Both the position numbers and the translations under genes were made by a program. DNA of 64,000 nt. It comes from Nitrospirales bacterium (GTDB lineage Bacteria > Nitrospirota > Nitrospiria > Nitrospirales > UBA8639). Below, one piece after another: positions 40,711 through 51,765 of this stretch; the first letter of the stretch is position 1; each line of letters begins with the position of its first letter. The notes below the pieces were generated by a model. The model worked only from the letters and a program-made list of their open reading frames with translations. It ran no database searches and was not told where the DNA came from. The DNA lies in the NCBI GenBank assembly GCA_965223295.1, contig CBDCWC010000003.1, forward strand, positions 1,248,001-1,312,000, written 5' to 3'.

Positions 40711-42537
40711 ATGTTTGATTCAACTCATCAAGCGAACGAACTGGCTGACATTCAGAGCCGATTAATCTTTGTGAAGGTTGGCTTATTGTTAATTTTAGTC
40801 CTTTTAGGATTACGTCTCTGGCAGTTACAGATTCGTGATGGGGCCTATTATCAGGAACTTGCGCGAGATAATAGAACACGATCCATTGTACTCGAGCCCG
40901 CACGAGGTCTTCTGTATGACCGAAATGGCCAACTTCTTGCCAACAATATTCCAAGTTTTCAACTCTATGTCTCGTTGGAGGATGTGCAAGACCGCGAAGA
41001 ACTCATTACCCGATTACCACAGTATGTCGATGTGAATATCCAAACGGTTGCCAAGAGACTCGCTTCAAAAAGGCGACGAGGACGGGTGAAGATCAAGAAC
41101 GGCCTCACACTCAAAGAAGCCGCATTAATTGAATCCCATCGGCTGGAATTGCCCGGGGTTGTGATTCAACCTGAATATCAGCGTCATTATCCACTTGGCA
41201 ATTATGCTTCCCATGTCATTGGCTACGTGGGGGAAATTTCTGAAAACCAATTGAAAGATTCAGAATTTTCAGACCTGCAGGCAGGCCGCATGATCGGTCA
41301 ATATGGCGTAGAGCGCACATTTGATGCTCACTTATTAGGTGATCCCGGCCGCAAAGTCATTGAAGTTGATGCATTTGGGTACCCTAAGCGATCCCTATCG
41401 ATTAGGGCTCCCTTAGCCGGAAACGATCTCTATCTCACGTTAGATATTCGTCTTCAGCGCTTGGCTGAAGATCTTTTGGGAGAAGAATCCGGAGCCATTG
41501 TGGCTTTGGACCCCTGGAATGGCGATGTGTTGGCCTTAGCCAGTCAACCCGGCTTTAACCCCAATGACTTGTCAGGAGGCATCAGTCCCAAAGCCTGGCA
41601 ACAATTGCTCCAAGATTCTCGGCATCCTCTCACGAATCGAGCGATCCAAGGACGGTATCCACCTGGGTCAACATTTAAGATCGTGATGGCCGCTGCCCTT
41701 TTAGGCACTCAAACCATGCGGGCAAATGATTCTCTCGGATGTAAAGGGGCCTTCCCTTTTGGCAAACGGGTGTTTCGTGATTGGAAACGTGCTGGCCATG
41801 GCGCTGTTGATTTAACCAAAGCCATTGCCGAATCTTGCGATGTGTATTTTTATAAAGTCGGCAATCAATTGGGGATTGATCCCATTGCCAACTATTCTCG
41901 GCAATTTGGATTAGGTGCCAAGACAGGTATTCCCTTGCCTTCGGAGCAATCAGGTCTCGTGCCTTCACGGGAATGGAAGAAAAAGAATCGAGGTGAGCCA
42001 TGGTATCCGGGCGAAACCATTTCCATTGCTATCGGACAAGGTTTTTTGTCGGTCACCCCCATTCAGATGGCCAAAGTGGTTTCCATCGTGGCAACCGATG
42101 GACAAGTCGTCCAACCTCGGCTACTCAAAGGGGTTCGACTTAGAAGGACAGGAAACCTCAAAGAAGAGCCGTTATCCACAGGCCAGCCGCTGTCCTTATC
42201 ACCTGACATATTTTCTGAAATTAAGAAAGGCTTAGCGGCTGTCGTGAAAAAGGGCACGGCAAAACAAGCTCAGTCAGATATTGTGAGCATTGCCGGCAAA
42301 ACAGGAACCGCGCAAGTTGTCGCATTGAAAGATGATCATGATAAATCAGAAGTCACCAAAAAACATCGTGACCATGCCTGGTTTGTCGCGTTTGCCCCTC
42401 TGGAACAGCCAAAGATTGCGATTGCAGTCCTTGTTGAACATATGGGGCATGGCGGGTCAGCCGCCGCCCCATTGGCGAAAACGTTAATTGAAGCCTATAT
42501 TATGAATGAGCAATCTCAAGCCAGTGATTCGTTGTAA
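40711..42537 (+). CDS. mrdA: penicillin-binding protein 2
   Basis: PGSTFK (SxxK), SCD, KTGTAQ; dimerization domain. Confidence 0.95.
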   Translation: MFDSTHQANELADIQSRLIFVKVGLLLILVLLGLRLWQLQIRDGAYYQELARDNRTRSIVLEPARGLLYDRNGQLLANNIPSFQLYVSLEDVQDREELITRLPQYVDVNIQTVAKRLASKRRRGRVKIKNGLTLKEAALIESHRLELPGVVIQPEYQRHYPLGNYASHVIGYVGEISENQLKDSEFSDLQAGRMIGQYGVERTFDAHLLGDPGRKVIEVDAFGYPKRSLSIRAPLAGNDLYLTLDIRLQRLAEDLLGEESGAIVALDPWNGDVLALASQPGFNPNDLSGGISPKAWQQLLQDSRHPLTNRAIQGRYPPGSTFKIVMAAALLGTQTMRANDSLGCKGAFPFGKRVFRDWKRAGHGAVDLTKAIAESCDVYFYKVGNQLGIDPIANYSRQFGLGAKTGIPLPSEQSGLVPSREWKKKNRGEPWYPGETISIAIGQGFLSVTPIQMAKVVSIVATDGQVVQPRLLKGVRLRRTGNLKEEPLSTGQPLSLSPDIFSEIKKGLAAVVKKGTAKQAQSDIVSIAGKTGTAQVVALKDDHDKSEVTKKHRDHAWFVAFAPLEQPKIAIAVLVEHMGHGGSAAAPLAKTLIEAYIMNEQSQASDSL

Positions 42538-42576
42538 GAACTCGCCTCTCATCCAAGTGTCCCTATCAGGTGACCC

Positions 42577-43704
42577 ATGTTGCCAATAGTGAAGGACCAT
42601 GTGAATCGTCGTGGCTTGGACACATTTGATTGGTGTTTTCTGGGGATTATTGCCGCCATCGTTTCAATCGGCATTCTCTCTATCTATAGTGTGACCAATT
42701 CAGGCACATCCACAAAGTTCCCCATCTATCTTAAACAAATTACCTGGATGGTCGTAGGAATTTTAGCCTTCCTAGTCGCGGCTGGAGTGGACTACCGCAA
42801 GTTCGCGAGGATTTCGTATCTGTTGTATGGGATAGGACTGGTTTTGCTCATTATCGTGTTAGTAAGTGGAAAAACGAGCCGGGGTTCTCAGCGGTGGATT
42901 CCGCTTGGGCCATTCATGGTGCAGCCATCAGAATTTATCAAAATTCCCTTGATGCTCACGTTGGCGTCTTACTATGGCGCGGCTAGCCGTGAGGGGTGGC
43001 TTCGGCGTTTGATCATTCCTGCCTTGATCGTCCTGCCGGGATTTTTACTGATTCTCAAACAGCCAGACTTGGGAAGTAGCTTGGGATTCCTTGCAATTTT
43101 CCTGGTGATCGTCCTGACAGTAGGTATGAAGTCCAAGGCGTTTGGGTTCATTGTCTTGGCTGCACTGATGTTATTCCCATTTGTCTGGGGAGGCGTCTGG
43201 GGATCTCTGCATGGATATCAACAGGATCGAATCCTGAGTTTCGTGGACCCCAGTTCAGATCCTGGTGGGAAGGGTTATCACGGATTACAATCACGTATTG
43301 CTATTGGGTCCGGACAATTATTGGGAAAGGGGTTACACGGAGGAACCCAAACTCAATTTAAGTTTCTTCCAGAAGGCCATACCGACTTTGTGTTTGCAGT
43401 CTTCGCCGAAGAATGGGGATTTCTCGGTTCCCTTGTTCTTTTATCATTGTATGTCATTGTCTTTCTCATGGGACTGGAAATTGCTTTTACCGCCAAAGAT
43501 ATTACGGGGTCTCTCTTGGCTGTCGGCGTTGTCGCCATGTTGGGATTTGGCGTCATCGTCAATATAGCCATGACCTCCGGCCTTGCACCTGTTGTCGGCA
43601 TTCCTCTCCCGCTGATGAGTTATGGAGGAAGCGCCATGGTCGTAAATCTCACAGCACTTGGTCTCTTGCTCAATGTGAAGCGAAGACGGCTCTCTCTGTT
43701 GTAG
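42577..43704 (+). CDS. rodA: rod shape-determining protein RodA (SEDS)
   Basis: QPSEFIK, QPDLG, PEGHTDF, SYGGS. Confidence 0.95.
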   Translation: MLPIVKDHVNRRGLDTFDWCFLGIIAAIVSIGILSIYSVTNSGTSTKFPIYLKQITWMVVGILAFLVAAGVDYRKFARISYLLYGIGLVLLIIVLVSGKTSRGSQRWIPLGPFMVQPSEFIKIPLMLTLASYYGAASREGWLRRLIIPALIVLPGFLLILKQPDLGSSLGFLAIFLVIVLTVGMKSKAFGFIVLAALMLFPFVWGGVWGSLHGYQQDRILSFVDPSSDPGGKGYHGLQSRIAIGSGQLLGKGLHGGTQTQFKFLPEGHTDFVFAVFAEEWGFLGSLVLLSLYVIVFLMGLEIAFTAKDITGSLLAVGVVAMLGFGVIVNIAMTSGLAPVVGIPLPLMSYGGSAMVVNLTALGLLLNVKRRRLSLL

Positions 43705-44077
43705 CAATCTTTCACAATTAATATGCATAGAAGGTTTGTGTAGGGACGAGATAGTGGTAGGCTAAAGAAATCTGGGCATGTGGGATGCGACCCTGGAAAG
43801 CAGATGCAATCTCGGATAAAGAACGATATTTTGGGGACCTTTCAATACATTTTGGTAAAAGATTATTCATTATTGCGATAAGGAACACGTCTCAGAAGAA
43901 AGAACCGGTCCATCCTAGGAAATATATGGGCACCAGCAGTAGCTTCGCTAAGACTTGAGTCCACTCTCAAGAGCCAATAGAAAGCCTTATTCCCGTATCT
44001 TGCTATTCTGCTGGATTTCCACTTTTCCAAATTTTAAGCTTGGCCTGTCCCTTTTTTGTGGGCGTAAGGAGACAATT

Positions 44078-45634
44078 ATGGGAGCTGAAATTGCTATTAG
44101 TGTTGCCCGGGAGGAAACGCGAGTCGCAGTTCTAGAAAATCGAGTGGTTACGGAATTATTTGTCGACCGGCCTCGAAAAAAGGATTTTGTTGGAGATATT
44201 TATAAAGGCAAAGTGATTAAAGTTCTACCCGGCATGCAAGCTGCCTTTGTGAACATTGGGCTAGATCGTGCTGCCTTTATTCATGTGTCCGATCTCTCCG
44301 TGGACACGGAACCCGGCGATACTCTCGTGGATAGCGAAGATGATGAACCCAGTTCCGACATGCCTCGGCCACGGCGTCAAACCGCTCGTCCTATCGAAAG
44401 TTTATTGGCCGAGGGGCAAGAACTTCTTGTGCAAATCTCCAAAGGCCCTATTGGAACCAAAGGCCCTCGTATTACGACGTATATTTCACTGCCTGGACGT
44501 TTTTTAGTGCTGATGCCCAATGTCGATCATGTTGGGGTTTCCCGGCGGATTACCCATGAGGAGGAGCGTCACCGGTTAAAAGATCTGATGCGCCGTATCA
44601 GAAAACCTGAGTATGGGTATATCGTTCGAACGGTCTGTGAAGGAGTACCCGAAGAAGATTTAGTGTCCGATACCAAATTTCTAACAGCCTTGTGGGAGGA
44701 CATATTAAAAGCGGCCAAACGTCAATCGGCACCCTCTCTCCTCCATACCGATTTGTCTCTTCCACTTCGAGTGGTCCGCGACCTCTTCACAAAAAAAGTT
44801 GATCGATTATTGATTGATACGAAATCAGGCTATGAAGAAGTGAAAGATTTTGTGCGTCGATATCTTCCTGAACAAGCCTCTCGTGTCCACTTTTATGACA
44901 AGAAACAAGAAAGTTTGTTTGATCATTTAGGCATCGAGCTGGAAATTACTCGAGCGCTAAGTCGGAAAGTGTGGCTCAAATCGGGAGGGCACATCGTCAT
45001 TGATCCCACAGAAGCCATGACCGTGATTGACGTCAACACTGGGCGGTTTGTCGGAAAACGGGATCAAGAGGAGACGATTCTCAAAAACAACTTGGAGGCT
45101 GCCAAAGAGATCGCTTATCAGGTGAAATTGCGTGGAATAGGCGGAATCATTGTCATTGATTTCATCGATATGGAACGGGAACGGAATCGTGAGAAAGTGT
45201 ATCAGGCGACGGTGGAAGCTATGGCCAATGATAAGGCCCAAACACGCATCTCCCGGATCTCTGACCTGGGGCTCATTGAAATTTCCCGGGAACGTGTCCG
45301 AGAAGATCTTCTTCGCACATTATCGGAAATTTGTAATGACTGTGAGGGCCGGGGCTACACGAAGTCGACCATGACGATGGCGTATGAAATTTTTCGAGAC
45401 ATTCGACGTATTGGCAATAGCAAAGGAGGACAGGGACAACGCATTGTGGTTGGTGCGAACCCCAAAGTTGTTGAATTGCTTTTTGATTCAGAACATGGAA
45501 GCATCGAGCAATTAGAGCATGAGTTCCAACAGCAAGTGCTGTTCAAGGCAGACCCTCTCTTGCAGCTTGAACAGTATGACATTGTGGTCGTTGGAAAAGT
45601 GCCGCAACGGGCAGAGTCCAAAGCATCCTCCTAG
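44078..45634 (+). CDS. rng: ribonuclease G (RNase E/G family)
   Basis: S1 domain PGMQAAFV, IDVNTG, GGIIVIDFIDM, CxxC; AAGGAG RBS. Confidence 0.92.
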   Translation: MGAEIAISVAREETRVAVLENRVVTELFVDRPRKKDFVGDIYKGKVIKVLPGMQAAFVNIGLDRAAFIHVSDLSVDTEPGDTLVDSEDDEPSSDMPRPRRQTARPIESLLAEGQELLVQISKGPIGTKGPRITTYISLPGRFLVLMPNVDHVGVSRRITHEEERHRLKDLMRRIRKPEYGYIVRTVCEGVPEEDLVSDTKFLTALWEDILKAAKRQSAPSLLHTDLSLPLRVVRDLFTKKVDRLLIDTKSGYEEVKDFVRRYLPEQASRVHFYDKKQESLFDHLGIELEITRALSRKVWLKSGGHIVIDPTEAMTVIDVNTGRFVGKRDQEETILKNNLEAAKEIAYQVKLRGIGGIIVIDFIDMERERNREKVYQATVEAMANDKAQTRISRISDLGLIEISRERVREDLLRTLSEICNDCEGRGYTKSTMTMAYEIFRDIRRIGNSKGGQGQRIVVGANPKVVELLFDSEHGSIEQLEHEFQQQVLFKADPLLQLEQYDIVVVGKVPQRAESKASS

Positions 45635-45643
45635 AAAGAACTG

Positions 45644-46786
45644 ATGGGCACGGCCTCGGACTTCCGGTCATGGTTAGAACTGCGGGCGGTGAAAGGACTT
45701 GGCTCCATAACCTACACCCGTCTCATCAACCGTTTTGGTTCTCCCGAAGCCATCAGAGGCGCCAATCTTTCGGCTCTCGTCTCGACTGGAGATCTTTCTC
45801 CCTCGCTTGCAACTTCTCTTCAACGACCCCTTTCAGGCCAAACCCAAAAACAGATTCAACGGGAAATTGATGCTGTTGAAGCTGGAAAGTTCTCGATCCT
45901 GACACTGACTGACCCTCGCTATCCTGCTCGACTCAAAACCATAGCCGATCCGCCTCCGGTCTTGTATTACACTGGCGATTTGCAAGAATGTGACCAACAG
46001 GCTCTTGCTATTGTAGGAGCACGGAAGGGTTCGCATGCAGGCCGAGCCTTTACGCGACAACTCAGTGGAGACTTGGCGGCCCTAGGTTTCACGATCGTCA
46101 GCGGTTTGGCCCGAGGGATTGATGCTGAAGCCCATGAAGGGGCTCTTGCCGTGGCAGGGAGGACATGGGCAGTCCTGGGGTGTGGAATTGACCGGACCTA
46201 TCCTTCTGAGCACAACAAGCTTCGACGACAAATCGAACAGCAGGGCACTGTGATTTCAGAATTTTCCATGGGCACATCCCCGCAGTCCTATCACTTCCCT
46301 CAACGTAATCGCGTCATTAGTGGGCTGTCCCTTGGAGTCATTGTCGCCGAAGCATCATTGAAAAGCGGGTCCCTCATTACCGCAAGAATGGCTGTCGAAC
46401 AAAATCGCGAAGTCTTTGCTGTTCCGGGGAACGTCACACATCCTCTGAGTCAAGGCCCTCATCGTCTCATCAAACAAGGAGCAAAACTGGTGGAAACATC
46501 TTGGGATATTGTGGAAGAAATTCTCCCTATGTTAGAACCGTCTTTCCGTGATCAACTTGGACGACAGCAAAATATAGTTGAATCCCAGACTGCCTCTCTC
46601 ACGATCGGGTCTGATGAGCAAGCGATCTTCAACCGAATTTCCTTGGAACCGGTTCCGCTTGACGAATTAATCGCTCAAGGTTCATATTCTTCATCCGAGG
46701 TGATGAGTATTCTCTTGTCATTAGAGATGAAAGGACTTATAAAACAAATACCGGGTCTTCAATACGTCCGAGCAACTATCCGATAA
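45644..46786 (+). CDS. dprA: DNA-processing protein DprA
   Basis: VSGLARGID, FPQRNRVISGLS, SGSLITA, C-terminal winged helix. Confidence 0.95.
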   Translation: MGTASDFRSWLELRAVKGLGSITYTRLINRFGSPEAIRGANLSALVSTGDLSPSLATSLQRPLSGQTQKQIQREIDAVEAGKFSILTLTDPRYPARLKTIADPPPVLYYTGDLQECDQQALAIVGARKGSHAGRAFTRQLSGDLAALGFTIVSGLARGIDAEAHEGALAVAGRTWAVLGCGIDRTYPSEHNKLRRQIEQQGTVISEFSMGTSPQSYHFPQRNRVISGLSLGVIVAEASLKSGSLITARMAVEQNREVFAVPGNVTHPLSQGPHRLIKQGAKLVETSWDIVEEILPMLEPSFRDQLGRQQNIVESQTASLTIGSDEQAIFNRISLEPVPLDELIAQGSYSSSEVMSILLSLEMKGLIKQIPGLQYVRATIR

Positions 46787-46911
46787 GAATCAAGAACCAA
46801 TTTATAACGGTGCCGTTTTTACCCTGATCTTGTATTAAATCCTGCACGCGTGAACGTCAGATTCCCTTACATCAAAAAGGCCAAAGGAGTCTTGCCCGAT
46901 AGGGGTTGCTC

Positions 46912-49527
46912 ATGAGCAAATCGCTGATCATAGCCGAGAAACCCTCTGTTGCGGCCGATATCGCACGTTCGCTTGGCGGACTCAAACGCGAGAAGGACTA
47001 TTTTGAAGACGACGACTATGTTGTGACATCGGCTGTGGGCCATTTACTTGAAATTAAAGCGCCCGACGGTGTCGAGGTCAAACGTGGTAAGTGGTCTTTC
47101 AACAACTTGCCGGTCATTCCCGATCACTTTGACCTGAACCCGATTGCCCGAACAGAAGACCGGCTCAAGTTACTCGCTAAGCTGATCCGCCGCAAAGATA
47201 TCGACCGAATTATCAACGCCTGTGATGCCGGACGCGAAGGCGAGCTGATCTTCCGCCTGATTATCCAACACACGAAGGCCAAGCAACCGAAAAGCCGGCT
47301 TTGGCTGCAGTCCATGACACCCAAGGCCATTCGCGATGCCTTTGAAAGTCTGCGAGACGATGAACAGATGCAGCCGCTCGCCGATGCGGCTCGCTGCCGA
47401 TCAGAAGCAGACTGGTTGGTTGGCATTAACGGCACTCGCGCGATGACGGCGTTCAACTCTCAAGATGGGGGTTTTTATCTCACCACCGTTGGCCGGGTTC
47501 AAACACCCACCCTGACCATCGTCGTTGAGCGCGAGGAGCAGATTAAGCGATTTGTCTCGCGGCCCTACTTTGAAGTACATGCCCAATTTGATGTTCAGGC
47601 AGGACAGTATTCAGGTCGCTGGTTTGATACTGACTTCAAAAAGAATGATGAAGATACGGAACGGCGTGCCGAGAGACTTTGGGAACGCAAACAGGCGGAA
47701 GCGATCATGCGGGCATGCCAGAGTCAGCAGGCAGTGGTCACTGAAGAAACGAAGCCGACGACGCAAAGCGCACCGATGTTATTTGATCTGACCAGTCTGC
47801 AACGTGAAGGTAACGCCCGGTTTGGATTTTCCGCAAAAGCTACGTTGTCCTTGGCGCAAGCGCTCTATGAACGTCACAAGGTATTGACGTATCCAAGAAC
47901 AGATTCGCGCGCGCTGCCGGAAGACTATCTCTCTACCGTGCGAGATACGCTGGGCATTCTGCGTGATGAATCAAGTGAGAATGTGTTAGCTATCACTGGC
48001 GGCGACAATCCCATCGGGCCTCATGCGGAAAAAATTCTGAGCAATGACTGGGTCAAACCGAATAAGCGTATTTTTAATGACGCGAAAATTTCCGATCACT
48101 TTGCCATTATTCCTACCTTGCAGGCACCCAAGAATCTCAGCGAAGCCGAAGCCAAGATATACGACTTGGTCGTGCGTCGATTCATGGCGGTATTTTCCCC
48201 ACCTGCGGAGTTTCGAAATACCACCCGTATTTCCCAGATTGACAGGCACCATTTCAAGACAGAAGGCAAGGTGATGGTTAAACCGGGTTGGTTGGCAATT
48301 TACGGCCGTGAAGCCATTGCCGGTGAAGGCACGCTCGTCGCTGTTGGTAAGAATGAAAAAGCCGCAGTCGGCGATATTGAAGTTCGCGACCTAGCAACCA
48401 GGCCACCGGCCAGATATACCGAAGCCACATTGCTTTCTGCGATGGAGGGAGCCGGTAAGCTGATTGATGATGAAGATTTGCGCGAAGCCATGTCTGGCAA
48501 AGGTCTGGGCACACCTGCAACCCGTGCAGCGATCATCGAAGGCTTGATTAGCGAAAATTATCTCTTGCGCAATGAGAAGTCATTGATTCCCACCACCAAG
48601 GCCTTTCAATTGTTGACCTTATTGCGCGGGTTGGGAGTGACCGAACTTACGATGCCTGAATTAACCGGCGAGTGGGAAAGCAAGCTGTCGCAGATAGAAC
48701 GTGGGCAATTGGGTCGCGAAGCGTTCATGCAGGAAATTCGGAAAATCGTTGAACAAATTGTTGCGAGAGCTAAAAATTACGGCGCAACAACCATTCCAGG
48801 CGATTACGCAACGTTGCAGTCACCTTGCCCCAAATGTGGTGGTCTGGTCAAAGAAAACTACAAACGGTTTGCTTGTACGCAGTGCGATTTTTCAATTACA
48901 AAAATTCCAGGCAGTCGTCAATTGGAAGTCCTGGAGGCAGAGACTCTGATTTCTGAACGCACGATTGGTCCGTTGCAAGGATTTCGCAGTCGCCTTGGAC
49001 GACCGTTTGCGGCAATCCTCAAACTGACTGATGAACACAAGCTGGAATTTGACTTTGGCCAAAATGATGACGATGAAAATAGTGAACCAGTTGACTTTTC
49101 AGGCCATGAATCCCTGGGCAGTTGTCCGAAATGTCAGGCATCAGTGTATGAACATGGAATGAACTATACTTGTGAAAAGGCGGTCGGTCCGAACAAGACC
49201 TGCGACTTTCGAACGGGCAAAGTCATCCTGCAACAGGAAATCGAGTCGAATCAGATCAGAAAATTGTTGAGCGAAGGCAGAACCGAATTGCTGACCGGCT
49301 TTGTGTCATCACGAACCCGTCGCAAGTTCAAGGCGTATCTGAAACGCGGGGATGACGGAAAAGTCGGCTTCGAATTTGAAGCCCGTAAGCCCAAGGCCGG
49401 TGGAGACCCAGCGGCGATCAGCAAAAAAGTGCCTGCGAAGAAGGCCGAGACCAAGAAATCAGCGGCGAAAAAGTCGGTTGCGAAGAAATCTGCTCGTAAG
49501 GCCAAAAAGCTCAAATCCCGCTCTTGA
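46912..49527 (+). CDS. topB: DNA topoisomerase III (type IA, betaproteobacterial-like) with Zn-ribbon repeats and Lys-rich tail
   Basis: IAEKPSVA, DAGREGELIF, GRVQTP, TYPRTDS, GLGTPATRA. Confidence 0.9.
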   Translation: MSKSLIIAEKPSVAADIARSLGGLKREKDYFEDDDYVVTSAVGHLLEIKAPDGVEVKRGKWSFNNLPVIPDHFDLNPIARTEDRLKLLAKLIRRKDIDRIINACDAGREGELIFRLIIQHTKAKQPKSRLWLQSMTPKAIRDAFESLRDDEQMQPLADAARCRSEADWLVGINGTRAMTAFNSQDGGFYLTTVGRVQTPTLTIVVEREEQIKRFVSRPYFEVHAQFDVQAGQYSGRWFDTDFKKNDEDTERRAERLWERKQAEAIMRACQSQQAVVTEETKPTTQSAPMLFDLTSLQREGNARFGFSAKATLSLAQALYERHKVLTYPRTDSRALPEDYLSTVRDTLGILRDESSENVLAITGGDNPIGPHAEKILSNDWVKPNKRIFNDAKISDHFAIIPTLQAPKNLSEAEAKIYDLVVRRFMAVFSPPAEFRNTTRISQIDRHHFKTEGKVMVKPGWLAIYGREAIAGEGTLVAVGKNEKAAVGDIEVRDLATRPPARYTEATLLSAMEGAGKLIDDEDLREAMSGKGLGTPATRAAIIEGLISENYLLRNEKSLIPTTKAFQLLTLLRGLGVTELTMPELTGEWESKLSQIERGQLGREAFMQEIRKIVEQIVARAKNYGATTIPGDYATLQSPCPKCGGLVKENYKRFACTQCDFSITKIPGSRQLEVLEAETLISERTIGPLQGFRSRLGRPFAAILKLTDEHKLEFDFGQNDDDENSEPVDFSGHESLGSCPKCQASVYEHGMNYTCEKAVGPNKTCDFRTGKVILQQEIESNQIRKLLSEGRTELLTGFVSSRTRRKFKAYLKRGDDGKVGFEFEARKPKAGGDPAAISKKVPAKKAETKKSAAKKSVAKKSARKAKKLKSRS

Positions 49528-49546
49528 AATACCGGGAAACAAAAAA

Positions 49547-49668
49547 GGGTCTGTTCAAAAAAGTCCGTTCAACAAGGCCGCAGCCATTTTTGCGCGCGGA
49601 GCGTACTGGTATTATGTGAGTATGGGAAAATGGCGAGAACGCCGCTGGCGGCTTTTTTCAACAGACCC
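49547..49668 (+). mobile_element. MITE-like repeat, copy 4 (122-bp core only)
   Basis: GGGTCTGTTCAAAAAAG...CTTTTTTCAACAGACCC (16/17 inverted repeat); same internal sequence as the other copies. Confidence 0.82.
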
Positions 49669-49774
49669 TTAGTCGCCGTTTTTAATTGAGAAATACCGAA
49701 GGCACTCGGGAATCGAGGGGTCGGTCACGACAAAGAATCCGAGGATCAAGAGGCGGAAGCAGAGATGGAAAAGG

Positions 49775-51034
49775 TTACGAGCCAATCGCGGGCTTCACGC
49801 CCTTTTGATGCTCAAAAACTTTAATGGGCTCGCCTTTCCTATGGATAACTTCTTCAGTCACCAACACTTCTTTGACATCGGGTTGTGAGGGAATATCATA
49901 CATCACATCGAGCATGATTGATTCTAAGATTGCACGCAGACCTCTTGCCCCTGTTTTTTGCTCATAGGCCTTTCGTGCAATCCCTTGTAATGCCCCTTCG
50001 GTAAACTTCAACTTCACTTCGTCAAAGGCCATCAATTTTTGATATTGTTTAATTAAGGCATTTTTCGGTTCTGTTAAGATTCGAACCAAGGCTGACTCAT
50101 CAAGTTCATCCAGCGTGGCTAATACAGGCAACCGGCCAATGAATTCAGGGATGAGACCATATTGCAAAAGATCTTCGGGTTCAACATGCGAAAATAGATC
50201 GCCGATTTGATTTTTGCCACGCCCCTGCACGTTGGCCCCAAACCCCATGCGTTTTTGGTTCAGACGGCGTTCAATAATCGCATCAAGCCCCACAAATGCT
50301 CCTCCACACACAAACAACACATTGGTGGTATTCACTTGAATAAACTCTTGATGTGGATGTTTCCGTCCTCCTTGGGGCGGCACATTAGCCACGGTCCCTT
50401 CGATTAATTTTAAGAGGGCCTGCTGAACGCCTTCACCCGACACATCGCGCGTAATTGATGGGCCATCGGCCTTTCGCGTAATTTTATCGATTTCATCAAT
50501 ATAAACGATGCCTCGTTCTGCACGTTCCACATCATAGTCTGAAGCCTGCAGCAGCTTTAAGATGATATTTTCGACATCTTCTCCCACGTATCCTGCTTCA
50601 GTCAGCGTCGTCGCATCTGCGATGGTAAACGGCACGTCCAAATATTGGGCCAGGGTTTGGGCGAACAAGGTCTTTCCAGTCCCTGTCGGACCCACCACCA
50701 AGATGTTCCCCTTTTGCAGTTCGACATCACCAGTTTCATTGGCCGCAATGCGCTTATAGTGGTTGTACACCGCTACCGAAAGGACGCGTTTGGCATGTTC
50801 CTGCCCAATGATATAGTGGTTGAGATGCTGATGGATATCTAGAGGCTTACAGAGCTTGGCTGAAATTTCCTGACGGGATTCTTGCCAATCTTCAGAAATA
50901 ATTTCATTACACAGCCCTACACATTCATCGCAAATGTAGACGGTCGGGCCGGCAATCAACTTTCGAACTTGATCACGATTCTTGCCACAGAAGGAGCAGC
51001 GTAGATTGGCATCAGATTTCGTTTGACGTGCCAT
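49775..51034 (-). CDS. clpX: ATP-dependent Clp protease ATP-binding subunit ClpX
   Basis: C4 Zn finger CSFCGK...[27 protein letters not shown] loop. Confidence 0.97.
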   Translation of the reverse strand: MARQTKSDANLRCSFCGKNRDQVRKLIAGPTVYICDECVGLCNEIISEDWQESRQEISAKLCKPLDIHQHLNHYIIGQEHAKRVLSVAVYNHYKRIAANETGDVELQKGNILVVGPTGTGKTLFAQTLAQYLDVPFTIADATTLTEAGYVGEDVENIILKLLQASDYDVERAERGIVYIDEIDKITRKADGPSITRDVSGEGVQQALLKLIEGTVANVPPQGGRKHPHQEFIQVNTTNVLFVCGGAFVGLDAIIERRLNQKRMGFGANVQGRGKNQIGDLFSHVEPEDLLQYGLIPEFIGRLPVLATLDELDESALVRILTEPKNALIKQYQKLMAFDEVKLKFTEGALQGIARKAYEQKTGARGLRAILESIMLDVMYDIPSQPDVKEVLVTEEVIHRKGEPIKVFEHQKGVKPAIGS

Positions 51035-51054
51035 AAGAGAATCCTCCCTCGCGC

Positions 51055-51684
51055 TTAACCCTTACCCTTAGCCCCTGATTTGGCTTCGTGCTTGTCGCTT
51101 TTTTCCTGACTGCGGATAATCACTTCATCAATCAAGCCATAATCTTTGGCTTCTTCACCCGACATAAAATAATCCCGTTCGGTGTCTTTTGCAATCCTCT
51201 CTAACGGTTGCCCTGTATGATGGGCCATAATGTGATTCAACCGTTCCCGAATTTTCAAAATTTCCCGAGCATGAATATCGATTTCTGTCGCCTGTCCTTG
51301 AAAGCCGCCCAAGGGCTGGTGGATCATGACCCGGGCATTGGGCAGGGCGAATCGCTTGCCGGTCGCCCCCGCAGTCAATAAGAGGGCACCCATACTGGCC
51401 GCTTGTCCCAAGCAAATCGTGCTGATGGGCGATTTGACGTATTGCATCGTGTCATAAATCCCCATCCCCGCCGTTACGCTCCCGCCAGGAGAATTCACAT
51501 AGAGATGAATATCTTTTTCCGGGTCTTCTGCCTCTAAAAACAATAGTTGTGCAATGACGACATTGGCAAACATATCGTCAATTGGTGCCCCAATAAAAAT
51601 AATCCGGTCTTTTAGGAGGCGAGAATAAATATCATAAGACCGTTCCCCACGATTCGTTTGTTCAATGACCATCGGAATGAGCAT
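51055..51684 (-). CDS. clpP: Clp protease proteolytic subunit
   Basis: [23 protein letters not shown]. Confidence 0.97.
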   Translation of the reverse strand: MLIPMVIEQTNRGERSYDIYSRLLKDRIIFIGAPIDDMFANVVIAQLLFLEAEDPEKDIHLYVNSPGGSVTAGMGIYDTMQYVKSPISTICLGQAASMGALLLTAGATGKRFALPNARVMIHQPLGGFQGQATEIDIHAREILKIRERLNHIMAHHTGQPLERIAKDTERDYFMSGEEAKDYGLIDEVIIRSQEKSDKHEAKSGAKGKG

Positions 51685-51765
51685 TCCTTGGAACCTCCTG
51701 GTTGTAAAAAAATATCGATTGTCGCGTCAGCGAACTATGTCGGTTAATGAGTAAAGGGCGGGCCC

